In this document: positions 48,172 through 57,274 of the stretch, in pieces
Numbering within the stretch: the first letter of the stretch is position 1
How the letters are laid out: each line of letters starts with the position of its first letter
NCBI GenBank assembly: GCA_963845185.1
Contig: CAWJRG010000010.1
Coordinates: 844,140 to 908,139, forward strand
From: an uncultured bacterium
GTDB lineage: Bacteria > Oederibacteriota > PGYV01 > CAWJRG01
DNA: 64,000 nucleotides
Direction: 5' to 3'
Notes under the pieces: model-generated
The model's database searches: none
Seen by the model: the letters and a program-made list of their open reading frames with translations, nothing else
Told to the model about the DNA's origin: nothing
Program-made: the position numbers and the translations under genes

Positions 48172-48265
48172 GTACCACTTGTCCCTCGCAAGTTCGGGAC
48201 TGGAACGGGTATAAGCAAGAGTAATATTTTGCTGTACCCTGAAGGTTTGCAAAATAAACTCTTGC
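48172..48265 (+). repeat. Family-1 element, copy 5 (in a predicted 5' UTR)
   Basis: GTACCACTTGTCCC..GGGACTGGAACGGGTAT plus GCAAGAGTAATATTTTGC..GCAAAATAAACTCTTGC; followed by ATAGGAGG. Confidence 0.9.
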
Positions 48266-48279
48266 ATAGGAGGAAATAT

Positions 48280-49071
48280 ATGAAAAAATTATTATTATTT
48301 ATGCTTGTTTTTTTTATGATAATTTTAATTTCAGTTGATTGCAGCAAGAAATCCCAGTCGACTACTCCAAATACACCTGTTGCTACTGCCACACCTGTTG
48401 GCGGGACTATTTCCGGAAATATCATATTGCCTGCGGCTGAACTAGGCGTGACATGGCAGGTATTAGTAGACACAGACATGAATTTCAATAATGGAATAAC
48501 CAACATGGTTGTGGGGATATGCCCGCTTGGAGCAACAAGCATACCTTACAGTGTTACTGCGCCGGCTGGCACGTATTATGTCTATGCGCTGGTAAAAACA
48601 GCAGGCGCTTTGACAAGCCCACCCATAGCAGGAGATTTGCTTGGATGGGATGGCGCGCTTTATCCGGCCAGTCCAAGCTCGGCAGGAGTTATACTCAACT
48701 CGCAGCAACAGCTGGCTGGACAGAATATCACCATGGTTGCCGCAACAAGTAATGTTTCGGGCACGATAACCATGCCGGCGAACGCCAATGGCCTGCCCAT
48801 TATCTTAATTATAAGTCCAACCACAAACCCGGCAGTTGCGGAGTTTTATGTAAATGTCACTCCTGTTGCAGGCATGACAGGAACTACTTATAATTATAGC
48901 ACCCTATGTTATATGCCGGGCTCTTTTTATATTACGGCGCAGGTATCAGGCGACGGGTCAGGACTGCCAAGGCCACCAAAAACAGGGGATTATGTAGGGC
49001 AGTCCGTACAGGAGACTATGGACCCGACATTAAGCAACGGGCCTTATAATTTTTCATTGACGACATTTTAG
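48280..49071 (+). CDS. Putative lipoprotein with two beta-sandwich repeats
   Basis: Signal peptide ending SVDC; repeated (I/V)SG.I..PA...G.(Y/F)Y...GD modules. Confidence 0.7.
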   Translation: MKKLLLFMLVFFMIILISVDCSKKSQSTTPNTPVATATPVGGTISGNIILPAAELGVTWQVLVDTDMNFNNGITNMVVGICPLGATSIPYSVTAPAGTYYVYALVKTAGALTSPPIAGDLLGWDGALYPASPSSAGVILNSQQQLAGQNITMVAATSNVSGTITMPANANGLPIILIISPTTNPAVAEFYVNVTPVAGMTGTTYNYSTLCYMPGSFYITAQVSGDGSGLPRPPKTGDYVGQSVQETMDPTLSNGPYNFSLTTF

Positions 49072-49192
49072 ATTTGATGTTTGGGATTTTCTTTAAAATT
49101 TTTGAAAAGTAATTTAGGGGTTTGGCCGGCTCTATTAAATTTATAAACCGAGGCGGTTACTATAGAGCCGATAGGTTGTGTAAAGGATACAA

Positions 49193-52100
49193 ATGAAGAG
49201 TGAAAATTTATGGTTAAAGAGTAAACTTTTTAGAATTGATTTTAACGCTAAAAATTTTATTAAAAGAATTTTTTTTGTTTTTTTTACCCTTGTATTTTTA
49301 ATGTTCCCATTTTTCGCATATTCCCAACAAATGGACCACTTTAATGTGTCAGGACCCGTCAACTCAAGCGCGGACAGCGTTTTCTTCATTACGGTGACGG
49401 CAATAGCAAATGACGGCTCGGTTTTTACAACATATAACGGTACTGTAACTTTCAGCACTTCATCCGGGCTTTATAACCTTCCGGCAAACTACACTTTCCA
49501 GACTTCCGACGCAGGCGTGCATGTTTTTGCAGTGCAGATAATGGCAGGCGGAGATCAGAGCATATTTGTGAATGATTATAATTCGCCGGGTATATCCGGA
49601 AGCACTGTAGTCACCATAACCAGCGGCAGTGCAGCTTTCCTGACAATATCAGCCCCGGCTGCGTCGAGCGCGGGGCAGGCTTTTTACATTACTGTAACCG
49701 CAAAAGACCTTTATAATAATATAGCGATATCGTACAGCGGTACCGTGCATTTCACATCAACTGATCCTTCGGCAGTATTGCCCCCTGACGCGACATTCCA
49801 GCGCGACGACAACGGCCAGGAAATATTAAGCGTGACAATGAAAACCGAAGGTACGCAGACAATAACTGGACAGGACCTTGAGAACAATTCAATAAGCGGG
49901 GTAAGCAACGCGATAGCTGTCTCGAGCGGGATAGTTGTAAGTTTCAATGTAAGCGCGCCGACAATAGCAAACCCGGGCACAAATTTTAATTTCGCCGTAT
50001 CTGCCATGGACGCGTACGGAAACGTGGCGCAGAATTACACAAATACGGTGCATTTTACCTCGAGCGACGGCGCGGCTGTTCTACCTGCAAATTACACTTT
50101 CCAGGCGAGCGACTACGGCAGCAGGATTTTCCCTGTCACGCTGAATACCACGGGTTCCCAGACCATATCGGTCAATGATGTTTCAGCGGCTACAATAAAC
50201 GGAGTAAGCAACAACATAAACGTGCTGGCAAGCGGGTCAACTTTATACAGCCAGCCTTTGCTTCTGACAGCATACCTGCCTGCAGCAAACGCGTATCAGT
50301 ATGATTATATATATATTTCGCATACAGCACAGACCATTGCAATAGCAAATAACACTTATCTCCAGTACGATGTTTTCATGCCAACCTATAACCCGGATTT
50401 TTACACGGGCACTGAATTCGCAGAGACGGCCGGGGCCGCAGCGGGCCAGTGGGATATGAGGGATTTTGGACAGCCTCAGAATTATATAATAGACCAGAAC
50501 GGAATAAGGTGCCATCCATCCATGGACCTGTCAGCGTATGCGTATGGGCAGTGGTACCACAGGACATTTAACATAGGTTCTCTCGGAGGACATACATATA
50601 ATCAGGCAGAGCTTGCGCTGGATACGGGTAATGCAGGGCAAAACGGCGCACCCTCAAACAAGGCAGGCACTTTCAACGCTGTATATGACAACATAGTTTT
50701 TACGGACTCTGGCGGCAATATACTGAGGAACTTTTTTTCGGATAACAACTTAATTCCTTATAACGCAGCTGTGTCGGTAAACGGAAGCGCCGGAGCCGGA
50801 AATAACGGAAGCGGAGGAATAAGCGGGCCTCCGGCCAACAATGACCCGGTGCCTTTAAATGATTATGTATGGATAGTAAAAAGCCTGTCGGTCACCCAGA
50901 CCCCGATAGGTGATGTCCAGGTCGGCGGTCAGTATGTGACAATTGCGGCCCAGCTTTTATCCGTGGGAAATAACCGGGTGCCTTATGCACTTGCTAACTG
51001 TACTTCAAATCGGTTTCAAGACTCTATTACGCCGATATTAGCTACAACTTATACAGCCGATACATTGGCGATCACAAATGCTCAAGGTTACGCTTATAAT
51101 TTAATAAGCTCGACAGCTGCAGGCCCGGCTGTAGTGACTGTACGTTCCGTACACCTCACGAGTATGATAACTATTAATTTTCTGGCAGGTCCTGCGACGC
51201 AGGTGGATGTAATACCAAATACGCTTACAACGCAGACAAATGTAAGCGGCTCAATGGTTGTCGAGGCACAGGATATGTACGGTAATGTGACGGTCAGCAC
51301 GCAGACAATAAACTTATCAGCAAACGCTTCGTCAAACCTGCGTTTTTCTTCTGACAATGGAGCCACATGGCACCAGACACTGGCGGTTTCCGGGGCCGCT
51401 CCAAGTAATATACTTGTAATAGACTCCACTGCGGAAACTTCGACAGTATTTGCTGCAGCCGCCGGGCTCAGCACTGGCACAGCAACTGTTTATGTGAATA
51501 ATGCGCAAGCCACGGGCCTTGCGATAATTCCTGCAACAAGCACGACAATGGCAGGTGTGGGTCCGCTTTTTACAATACAGGCAAAAGACGCGAATAACAA
51601 CGACGCTTATTCTACGGCAAGCGTGCAATTGACATCAGCATCGGGAACCATGATGTTTTCGACAGATAATATAAATTATTCGAACTCATTAATCGTCACG
51701 CTGAACGACGGCAGTGCCAGCGCCTATTACAGGGATACGTCAATGAGCGCCATGCCTGTGACAGTAACAGCGTCTTCGGCTGGGTACACAAGCGGCAAAG
51801 CTTATGAGACAATAGTCCCCAACACAGCGGCACTGCTTAACGCGTGGGCAAATTATTACGCGGTTCCGGCAGGGCAATACGTCACAATAACCGCACAGAT
51901 TACAGACGCTTACGGAAACCCGACAGCTGGCCAGTGGGTTACAGCCACATCGGCCGATGGCGCAACCGTGACTGCCCAATCAAACACTACAAACGCCATA
52001 GGCGAGATAACTTTATATTTTCTTACGGGTGCAACGGTTGACGCGGAAAATTACTGCATAATCAACTCGCCGGGATTGCTCGGCAAGACCCTTACCATAT

Positions 52101-54283
52101 CCGGGTCAGGTACCGCAAACCACCTTTCAATACTGCCGAGCCCTTATTCTGTAGGCGCTGGGAAAACAGGAACATTGTATATTTACGCAAAAGACGCCGG
52201 TGGTTATAACGCCCAGGCGACCAGCGGGCACACAAACGAACTCATATATTTACCTGCAGGAGACGCGGGAAATGCGTTTAATTTTTCGATTGACGGCATA
52301 AATTGGGCGACTTCTACAGCAGTTCAGCTTAATACAAGCGGAGCAGGACAGGTGTATGTCAAATCATCAGTGGCAGGCTCATATCTGGCCGACGTCATAG
52401 ACGAGAACACGACAGGGCAGCTCGCGGCAACAAACGACACCATTACGGTAACCACGGGCTATTATGTGTATGTGTCACCGAGTACGGCGCTTACCGCTAC
52501 AGCAGGTGCGTATGTGACAATAACAGCGTGGATTGTGGACCAGAACGGCACTCCTCAGGCGCTGCAGAACGTGCAGGTTGCTTTCAGCGCAAGCAACGGC
52601 TCGGTATCTCCGGTCATAGCCTATACAAACGCGGCAGGCCAGGCGTCCACGGGACTAACACTTTCAATAGCACCTTATGCGCAGCAGGTGGTGACGGTTA
52701 ACACATCAAACCCGAGCGCCAGCACAATAACTGCGGCAATAACCTCAATACCCGTGATTACCTTTGACGTTTCATTGCCGGCTACTGCCACAAAAGGGAC
52801 AGCTGTTCAGGCAGTGGTAAGGGCAAGGGACGCTTACGGCGCAACAATAACAAATTATAACGGTACTGTGAATATGACTTCGTCAGCTGGCGTAAATGCT
52901 GTGATTAACCCTTTGAGCTATACTTTTACAACTCAGGATGCGGGCGTAAAAATTTTTAACGTGACTTTTAACGCAGCAGGCACTTGGACCGTCACAGCCA
53001 CTGATTCAGTAAAACCGTCCATAACTGGAACAAGCAATAATGTAATAGTATATCTCCAGGCAACACCCACGCCAACTTTTTCGCCGACAAAAACAATTAC
53101 GTCCACAAAAACACCGACATCAACGTACACAATGACACCCACAATAACTCAGACATTTACAAATTCACCCACTTACACAATTACACCGACAGCTACAAAG
53201 TCCAGCACAGCGACGAATTCTGCAACATTCACAATAACCGCAACAAATACGCCCACATATACAATAACTCAGACATCTACTATAACACTTACATCAACTA
53301 TCTCGGCAACTTATACGAACTCACCGACAATTACACAAACTTCGACAGCAACGCCTACATTTACAAGCTCGCCGACAAATACGCCTACATACACAATAAC
53401 ACTGACGTCTACAGGAACTCCTACTTTTACAGCTACGCCGACTTTCACAGCTACGGCAACAGAAACACTGACTGATACCGGAACTTCGACTCCTACATAT
53501 ACGGCGACTTTCACGGCAACACCTACAGATTCACCTACATACACGGTAACTTCTACACCTACCGATACTGTGACTTTTACAGCAACGCAAACTTACACGG
53601 CTTCGCCGACAGTAACCCAGACTTATACCATAACGCCTACAAACACAATTTCAGCAACATATACCATAAGTCCGACAGATACAGAAACAGGCACGATAAC
53701 GCTTACATCCACTGAGACACCGACATGCACAAATTCATCAACACTGACTGCAAGCCCGACGTTAACATATACAGATACGGTAACACAATCCAGCACTGCA
53801 ACTGAAACGCAAACATCCACAACAACCCCGACATTCACCGGAACTTTTACAAACACATATACTGTATCTGAAACACAAACATCTACAGCAACCCCGACAT
53901 TCACCGGTACACCTACAAACACGGAAACAATGACTATCACAATAACTTCAACGCAGAACATAATTCTTACAGTAACGGTTACACCAATGCCTTATTACAG
54001 GGAGGAGACTGAAGGTTCAAGCCATGTTTTCCCTCAGCCGGCATCGACAACCTTAAATATTGTTTTCGGGCTTAACGAGCAGGCCAATGTCTCAATATAT
54101 ATTTATAACGCGGCAGGCACGCCGGTTGCGCAGCTGCAAGCCGCGGGTATGGCATCGGATTATAACAGGGTTACCCTGGACATTTCAGGGTTTTCGCCCG
54201 GAGTTTACTTCTATATTATTAAGGCCCAAGCCCAGGGCAGGGAAATCAAATTTAACGTGAATAAGTTCATGGTAGCGAAGTGA
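49193..54283 (+). CDS. Large surface protein with Ig-like repeats, a Thr-rich linker and a C-terminal sorting-type domain
   Basis: Repeats of TA.D.YGN...Y.GTV.FTS.D...LP.NYTF; about 310 aa of T/P/S-rich sequence; C-terminal FPQPA...IYN..G...GVYFY.I. Confidence 0.85.
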   Translation: MKSENLWLKSKLFRIDFNAKNFIKRIFFVFFTLVFLMFPFFAYSQQMDHFNVSGPVNSSADSVFFITVTAIANDGSVFTTYNGTVTFSTSSGLYNLPANYTFQTSDAGVHVFAVQIMAGGDQSIFVNDYNSPGISGSTVVTITSGSAAFLTISAPAASSAGQAFYITVTAKDLYNNIAISYSGTVHFTSTDPSAVLPPDATFQRDDNGQEILSVTMKTEGTQTITGQDLENNSISGVSNAIAVSSGIVVSFNVSAPTIANPGTNFNFAVSAMDAYGNVAQNYTNTVHFTSSDGAAVLPANYTFQASDYGSRIFPVTLNTTGSQTISVNDVSAATINGVSNNINVLASGSTLYSQPLLLTAYLPAANAYQYDYIYISHTAQTIAIANNTYLQYDVFMPTYNPDFYTGTEFAETAGAAAGQWDMRDFGQPQNYIIDQNGIRCHPSMDLSAYAYGQWYHRTFNIGSLGGHTYNQAELALDTGNAGQNGAPSNKAGTFNAVYDNIVFTDSGGNILRNFFSDNNLIPYNAAVSVNGSAGAGNNGSGGISGPPANNDPVPLNDYVWIVKSLSVTQTPIGDVQVGGQYVTIAAQLLSVGNNRVPYALANCTSNRFQDSITPILATTYTADTLAITNAQGYAYNLISSTAAGPAVVTVRSVHLTSMITINFLAGPATQVDVIPNTLTTQTNVSGSMVVEAQDMYGNVTVSTQTINLSANASSNLRFSSDNGATWHQTLAVSGAAPSNILVIDSTAETSTVFAAAAGLSTGTATVYVNNAQATGLAIIPATSTTMAGVGPLFTIQAKDANNNDAYSTASVQLTSASGTMMFSTDNINYSNSLIVTLNDGSASAYYRDTSMSAMPVTVTASSAGYTSGKAYETIVPNTAALLNAWANYYAVPAGQYVTITAQITDAYGNPTAGQWVTATSADGATVTAQSNTTNAIGEITLYFLTGATVDAENYCIINSPGLLGKTLTISGSGTANHLSILPSPYSVGAGKTGTLYIYAKDAGGYNAQATSGHTNELIYLPAGDAGNAFNFSIDGINWATSTAVQLNTSGAGQVYVKSSVAGSYLADVIDENTTGQLAATNDTITVTTGYYVYVSPSTALTATAGAYVTITAWIVDQNGTPQALQNVQVAFSASNGSVSPVIAYTNAAGQASTGLTLSIAPYAQQVVTVNTSNPSASTITAAITSIPVITFDVSLPATATKGTAVQAVVRARDAYGATITNYNGTVNMTSSAGVNAVINPLSYTFTTQDAGVKIFNVTFNAAGTWTVTATDSVKPSITGTSNNVIVYLQATPTPTFSPTKTITSTKTPTSTYTMTPTITQTFTNSPTYTITPTATKSSTATNSATFTITATNTPTYTITQTSTITLTSTISATYTNSPTITQTSTATPTFTSSPTNTPTYTITLTSTGTPTFTATPTFTATATETLTDTGTSTPTYTATFTATPTDSPTYTVTSTPTDTVTFTATQTYTASPTVTQTYTITPTNTISATYTISPTDTETGTITLTSTETPTCTNSSTLTASPTLTYTDTVTQSSTATETQTSTTTPTFTGTFTNTYTVSETQTSTATPTFTGTPTNTETMTITITSTQNIILTVTVTPMPYYREETEGSSHVFPQPASTTLNIVFGLNEQANVSIYIYNAAGTPVAQLQAAGMASDYNRVTLDISGFSPGVYFYIIKAQAQGREIKFNVNKFMVAK

Positions 54284-54287
54284 AAAA

Positions 54288-55523
54288 ATGAAAAGATATT
54301 TTTTTGCTGCAGTAATAATAATGCTTTCAGTATTTTCTTTTGCCGCAGTGGATAACAGTGCTGGAATAATATTTTCTTCCATGAATATGGGCGTGGGCAC
54401 CAGGGCTGCCGGTATGGCCGGCGCTTTCACCGCAGTCGCGGATGACGTAAGTGCGGTTTACTGGAACCCTGCAGGGCTGGCGTTGATAACAAAAAACGAG
54501 ATAGACATGACATATGATAAATGGTTCATGGACACTTATTACAGCCACTTAATGACTTCAATAGGACTGCCGAGCGGAAACCTTGGCGTTGATATTTTTT
54601 ACATGAATTTTGGGACATTTAACAGGGTTAGTGATTCCGACATGGTGACAGGCTCGCTCGCGTCGCCTTACAGTATGGAGGGTTCAATTGCTTACGGCCT
54701 GGACCTTGCTCCCGGATTCTCAGCCGGAGTATCAGCGAAATTCATGCAGCAGTCCATGGATATTTCTTCAAACATGGGCATTGCCGCTGATGTTGGGGCA
54801 ATATATAAAACAGGAATTATATCTGCGGGCATAAGCGCGCAGAACATAGGCACAGCCGGCCCATATTCGCTGCCAATGAGCGTCATGCTGGGGTTTGCGG
54901 TGAAAGCTTTAAACACAACCTTAAATAACCTACTACTTGACGCGGACTGCCATTACATATTTAAGGATGTTCCGGTCGTCTGCGCCGGTGCTGAATATAC
55001 TTATTCAAAGTTTCTTTCCTTAAGGCTAGGTTACGGTTACAGGCTGGGGCCAAATAATGTCAATGGTTTTACCGGACCAGCAGCCGGAGCAGGGATTAGC
55101 CTGAACGATATAGGTTTTGATTACTCTTTTGTGCCGTACGGCGACCTGGGGTTTACGAATAGTGTCACCCTTAAATACATGTTTGGGGCGAGACAGCCAA
55201 ATCCGCAGCCTGTTGCAAAAGCAAAGGAGCAACCGACGCCTGTACCCGCAATAAAAAAGATTGTTGAAAAAACAGAAGAAGAGTTTAATACGATGTTTTT
55301 TAAAGGTGCCACGCTGGAAAATGCTGGGAAGCTCAGCGCTGCCGAAACGCAATACACAGCGATATTGGAAAACGACCCTAATTACGCGGAAGTGTGGAAG
55401 CGCCTTGGCGCGGTATACGTGAAAATGAAAAGAAAAGCCGATGCAATAAGCTGTTTTGAAACATACCTGAAATTAAAACCTGATGATGCCGCTGTCAAAC
55501 ACTGGCTGGATAAAAATAAATAA
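54288..55523 (+). CDS. PorV/PorQ (UPF0164)-family beta-barrel with C-terminal TPR
   Basis: GTRAAGMAGAFTAVADDVSAVYWNPAGL, LRLGY and DYSFVPYGDLG motifs. Confidence 0.85.
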   Translation: MKRYFFAAVIIMLSVFSFAAVDNSAGIIFSSMNMGVGTRAAGMAGAFTAVADDVSAVYWNPAGLALITKNEIDMTYDKWFMDTYYSHLMTSIGLPSGNLGVDIFYMNFGTFNRVSDSDMVTGSLASPYSMEGSIAYGLDLAPGFSAGVSAKFMQQSMDISSNMGIAADVGAIYKTGIISAGISAQNIGTAGPYSLPMSVMLGFAVKALNTTLNNLLLDADCHYIFKDVPVVCAGAEYTYSKFLSLRLGYGYRLGPNNVNGFTGPAAGAGISLNDIGFDYSFVPYGDLGFTNSVTLKYMFGARQPNPQPVAKAKEQPTPVPAIKKIVEKTEEEFNTMFFKGATLENAGKLSAAETQYTAILENDPNYAEVWKRLGAVYVKMKRKADAISCFETYLKLKPDDAAVKHWLDKNK

Positions 55524-55552
55524 AAATACCTTGGGCGCAAGCCCTTGGATTT

Positions 55553-56092
55553 TTATGCTTTAACGGAATAGATACACCCGCAGTAATTTTGACGGTATAA
55601 ATTATGCTTTTTTGACAATTCAATTGACTTTTTAAAGCCATCCTTTTTCTTAAAATCAGATTCGTAATAATTAACCCCGTATTTTAAGCCTGCTTCTTTG
55701 CCTAGTTTATTTATTAACGCTGCATTTTTATGGGGTGAAATGGTGAGGGTTGTAGCAAAGATTTCAATGCCGAGTTCTTTTGCCTTTTGCGATGTTTTTT
55801 CAAGACGCATTTTAAAGCAGATTTCGCAGCGCTTGCCGCCTTCGGGTTCATTTGCCATGGCGTCGCAAAGCTCATGCCACTTGTCAATATCATAAGGCAA
55901 ATCACCAATATTTTGTACATTTTCAGTTTTTGCCAGCTTTTTCATATCTTCTACACGTTTTAAATATTCTGATTCAGGGTGGATATTAGGGTTGTAAAAA
56001 AAAGTTGTAATTTCATAGCCCTGTTCACGTAGTGCGTTTATGCAGTGCGTAGCGTCAGGAGCGCAGCAGACATTCAGCAGTATTTTTGGCAT
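55553..56092 (-). CDS. queH: Epoxyqueuosine reductase
   Basis: CCAPD, FYNPNIHP..EY..R, EGGKRCEICF.MRL, SPHK and YRQNYCGC motifs. Confidence 0.93.
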   Translation of the reverse strand: MPKILLNVCCAPDATHCINALREQGYEITTFFYNPNIHPESEYLKRVEDMKKLAKTENVQNIGDLPYDIDKWHELCDAMANEPEGGKRCEICFKMRLEKTSQKAKELGIEIFATTLTISPHKNAALINKLGKEAGLKYGVNYYESDFKKKDGFKKSIELSKKHNLYRQNYCGCIYSVKA

Positions 56093-56120
56093 AATAAGCA
56101 CCTTTGTATGTTTTTTTAAT

Positions 56121-56148
56121 GTAGAGACACGCCATGTCGCGTCTCTAC
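56121..56148. repeat. GTAG-type REP-like palindrome
   Basis: GTAGAGACACGCCATGTCGCGTCTCTAC. Confidence 0.8.
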
Positions 56149-56164
56149 TCTACTTAATTCCTTT

Positions 56165-56193
56165 TTGACAATAATACTTATTTATTATAGAAT
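56165..56193 (+). promoter_or_regulatory. Sigma70-type promoter
   Basis: TTGACA-17-TAGAAT. Confidence 0.6.
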
Positions 56194-56227
56194 ATACCAA
56201 AATTTTGACAAGGAGAAACACCAAAAA

Positions 56228-57274
56228 ATGAAACAAACAATTCTTGTTACCGGCGGGGCTGGATTTATAGGCTCGCATTTATGCGAAACGCTTATTGCTC
56301 AGGGACACAAAGTAATATGTGTAGACAACCTGGGCAGCGGCAAAATGGAGAATTTAAAAGGAATAATAAAAAACAAAAATTTTAAATTTATAAAGCATGA
56401 CATTATTAAACCTATAAAAATAAAAGAAAAAGTTGATTGTGTTTTTCACATGGCTTCATACGCCTCGCCTCCTTATTACCAGAAATATTCAATTGATACG
56501 CTCATGACAAATTCCCTGGGCACTTACAATGTGCTTGAGTTTGCCAAGATAAAAAAAGCCAGATTCCTTTTAACATCGACTTCAGAAGCCTACGGAGACC
56601 CGAAGGAACATCCGCAGAAGGAAACTTACTGGGGGAATGTAAACCCGGTTGGCGTGAGGAGCTGCTATGACGAGGCAAAAAGATTTTCTGAAAGCCTCAC
56701 AATGGAATATTTAAGGAAACATAACCTTGACGCGAGGATAATAAGGATATTCAACACATATGGCCCGAGGCTGCAGAAAGACGACGGCAGGGTAATCTCA
56801 AATTTTATCTGCCAGGCATTGAACAACTTACCAATTACAATTTACGGTAGCGGAAAGCAGACAAGGAGCTTCTGCTACGTTTCAGACATGGTGGCAGGCC
56901 TGATATCCGCGATGTTTCACGACAATACAAAAGGGGAAGTTATTAACCTGGGAAACACAAATGAAAAGAAAATCAGCGAAATAGCACATGTAATAAAGAA
57001 TATGACTGGAGCAAAGGTTGAAATCATATACAAACCACTGCCAAAAGACGATCCAACGAGAAGGAAGCCGGATATAACAAAAGCAAAAAAAATCCTTGGC
57101 TGGCAGCCTGAAATTCCGCTTGAGGAAGGCCTGCAAAAAACAATAGAATGGTTCAATCCCGCTCCGCGAAAAACCCCGCCGGTAGAGGCGGGATTTGATA
57201 ACGCTCCGGGGAGGGAGCATATTATAGGCAAGGATGTTTTGCCCGTGAAGCGAGGTGGCTCCACTGCGAAATAA
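56228..57274 (+). CDS. UDP-glucuronate decarboxylase (UXS-like SDR) with a repeat-derived C-terminal tail
   Basis: TGGAGFIGS, STSE.YGDP, YWGNVNP.G.RSCYDE.KR and RIFNTYGPR; the last ~39 aa come from family-2 copy C. Confidence 0.92.
   Translation: MKQTILVTGGAGFIGSHLCETLIAQGHKVICVDNLGSGKMENLKGIIKNKNFKFIKHDIIKPIKIKEKVDCVFHMASYASPPYYQKYSIDTLMTNSLGTYNVLEFAKIKKARFLLTSTSEAYGDPKEHPQKETYWGNVNPVGVRSCYDEAKRFSESLTMEYLRKHNLDARIIRIFNTYGPRLQKDDGRVISNFICQALNNLPITIYGSGKQTRSFCYVSDMVAGLISAMFHDNTKGEVINLGNTNEKKISEIAHVIKNMTGAKVEIIYKPLPKDDPTRRKPDITKAKKILGWQPEIPLEEGLQKTIEWFNPAPRKTPPVEAGFDNAPGREHIIGKDVLPVKRGGSTAK
57155..57264 (+). repeat. Family-2 palindromic element, copy C (in frame at a CDS 3' end)
   Basis: AATCCCGCTCCGCGAAAAACCCCGCCGGTAGAGGCGGG..GCTCCGGGGAGGGAGCATATTATAG..GGTGGCTCCAC. 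Confidence 0.9.

Noticed and set aside
52933..53961. Minus-strand V/G-rich ORFs and an apparent tandem DNA repeat
   Set aside because: They are the antisense shadow of ACN (Thr) codons; third positions vary, so the repeat is at protein level.
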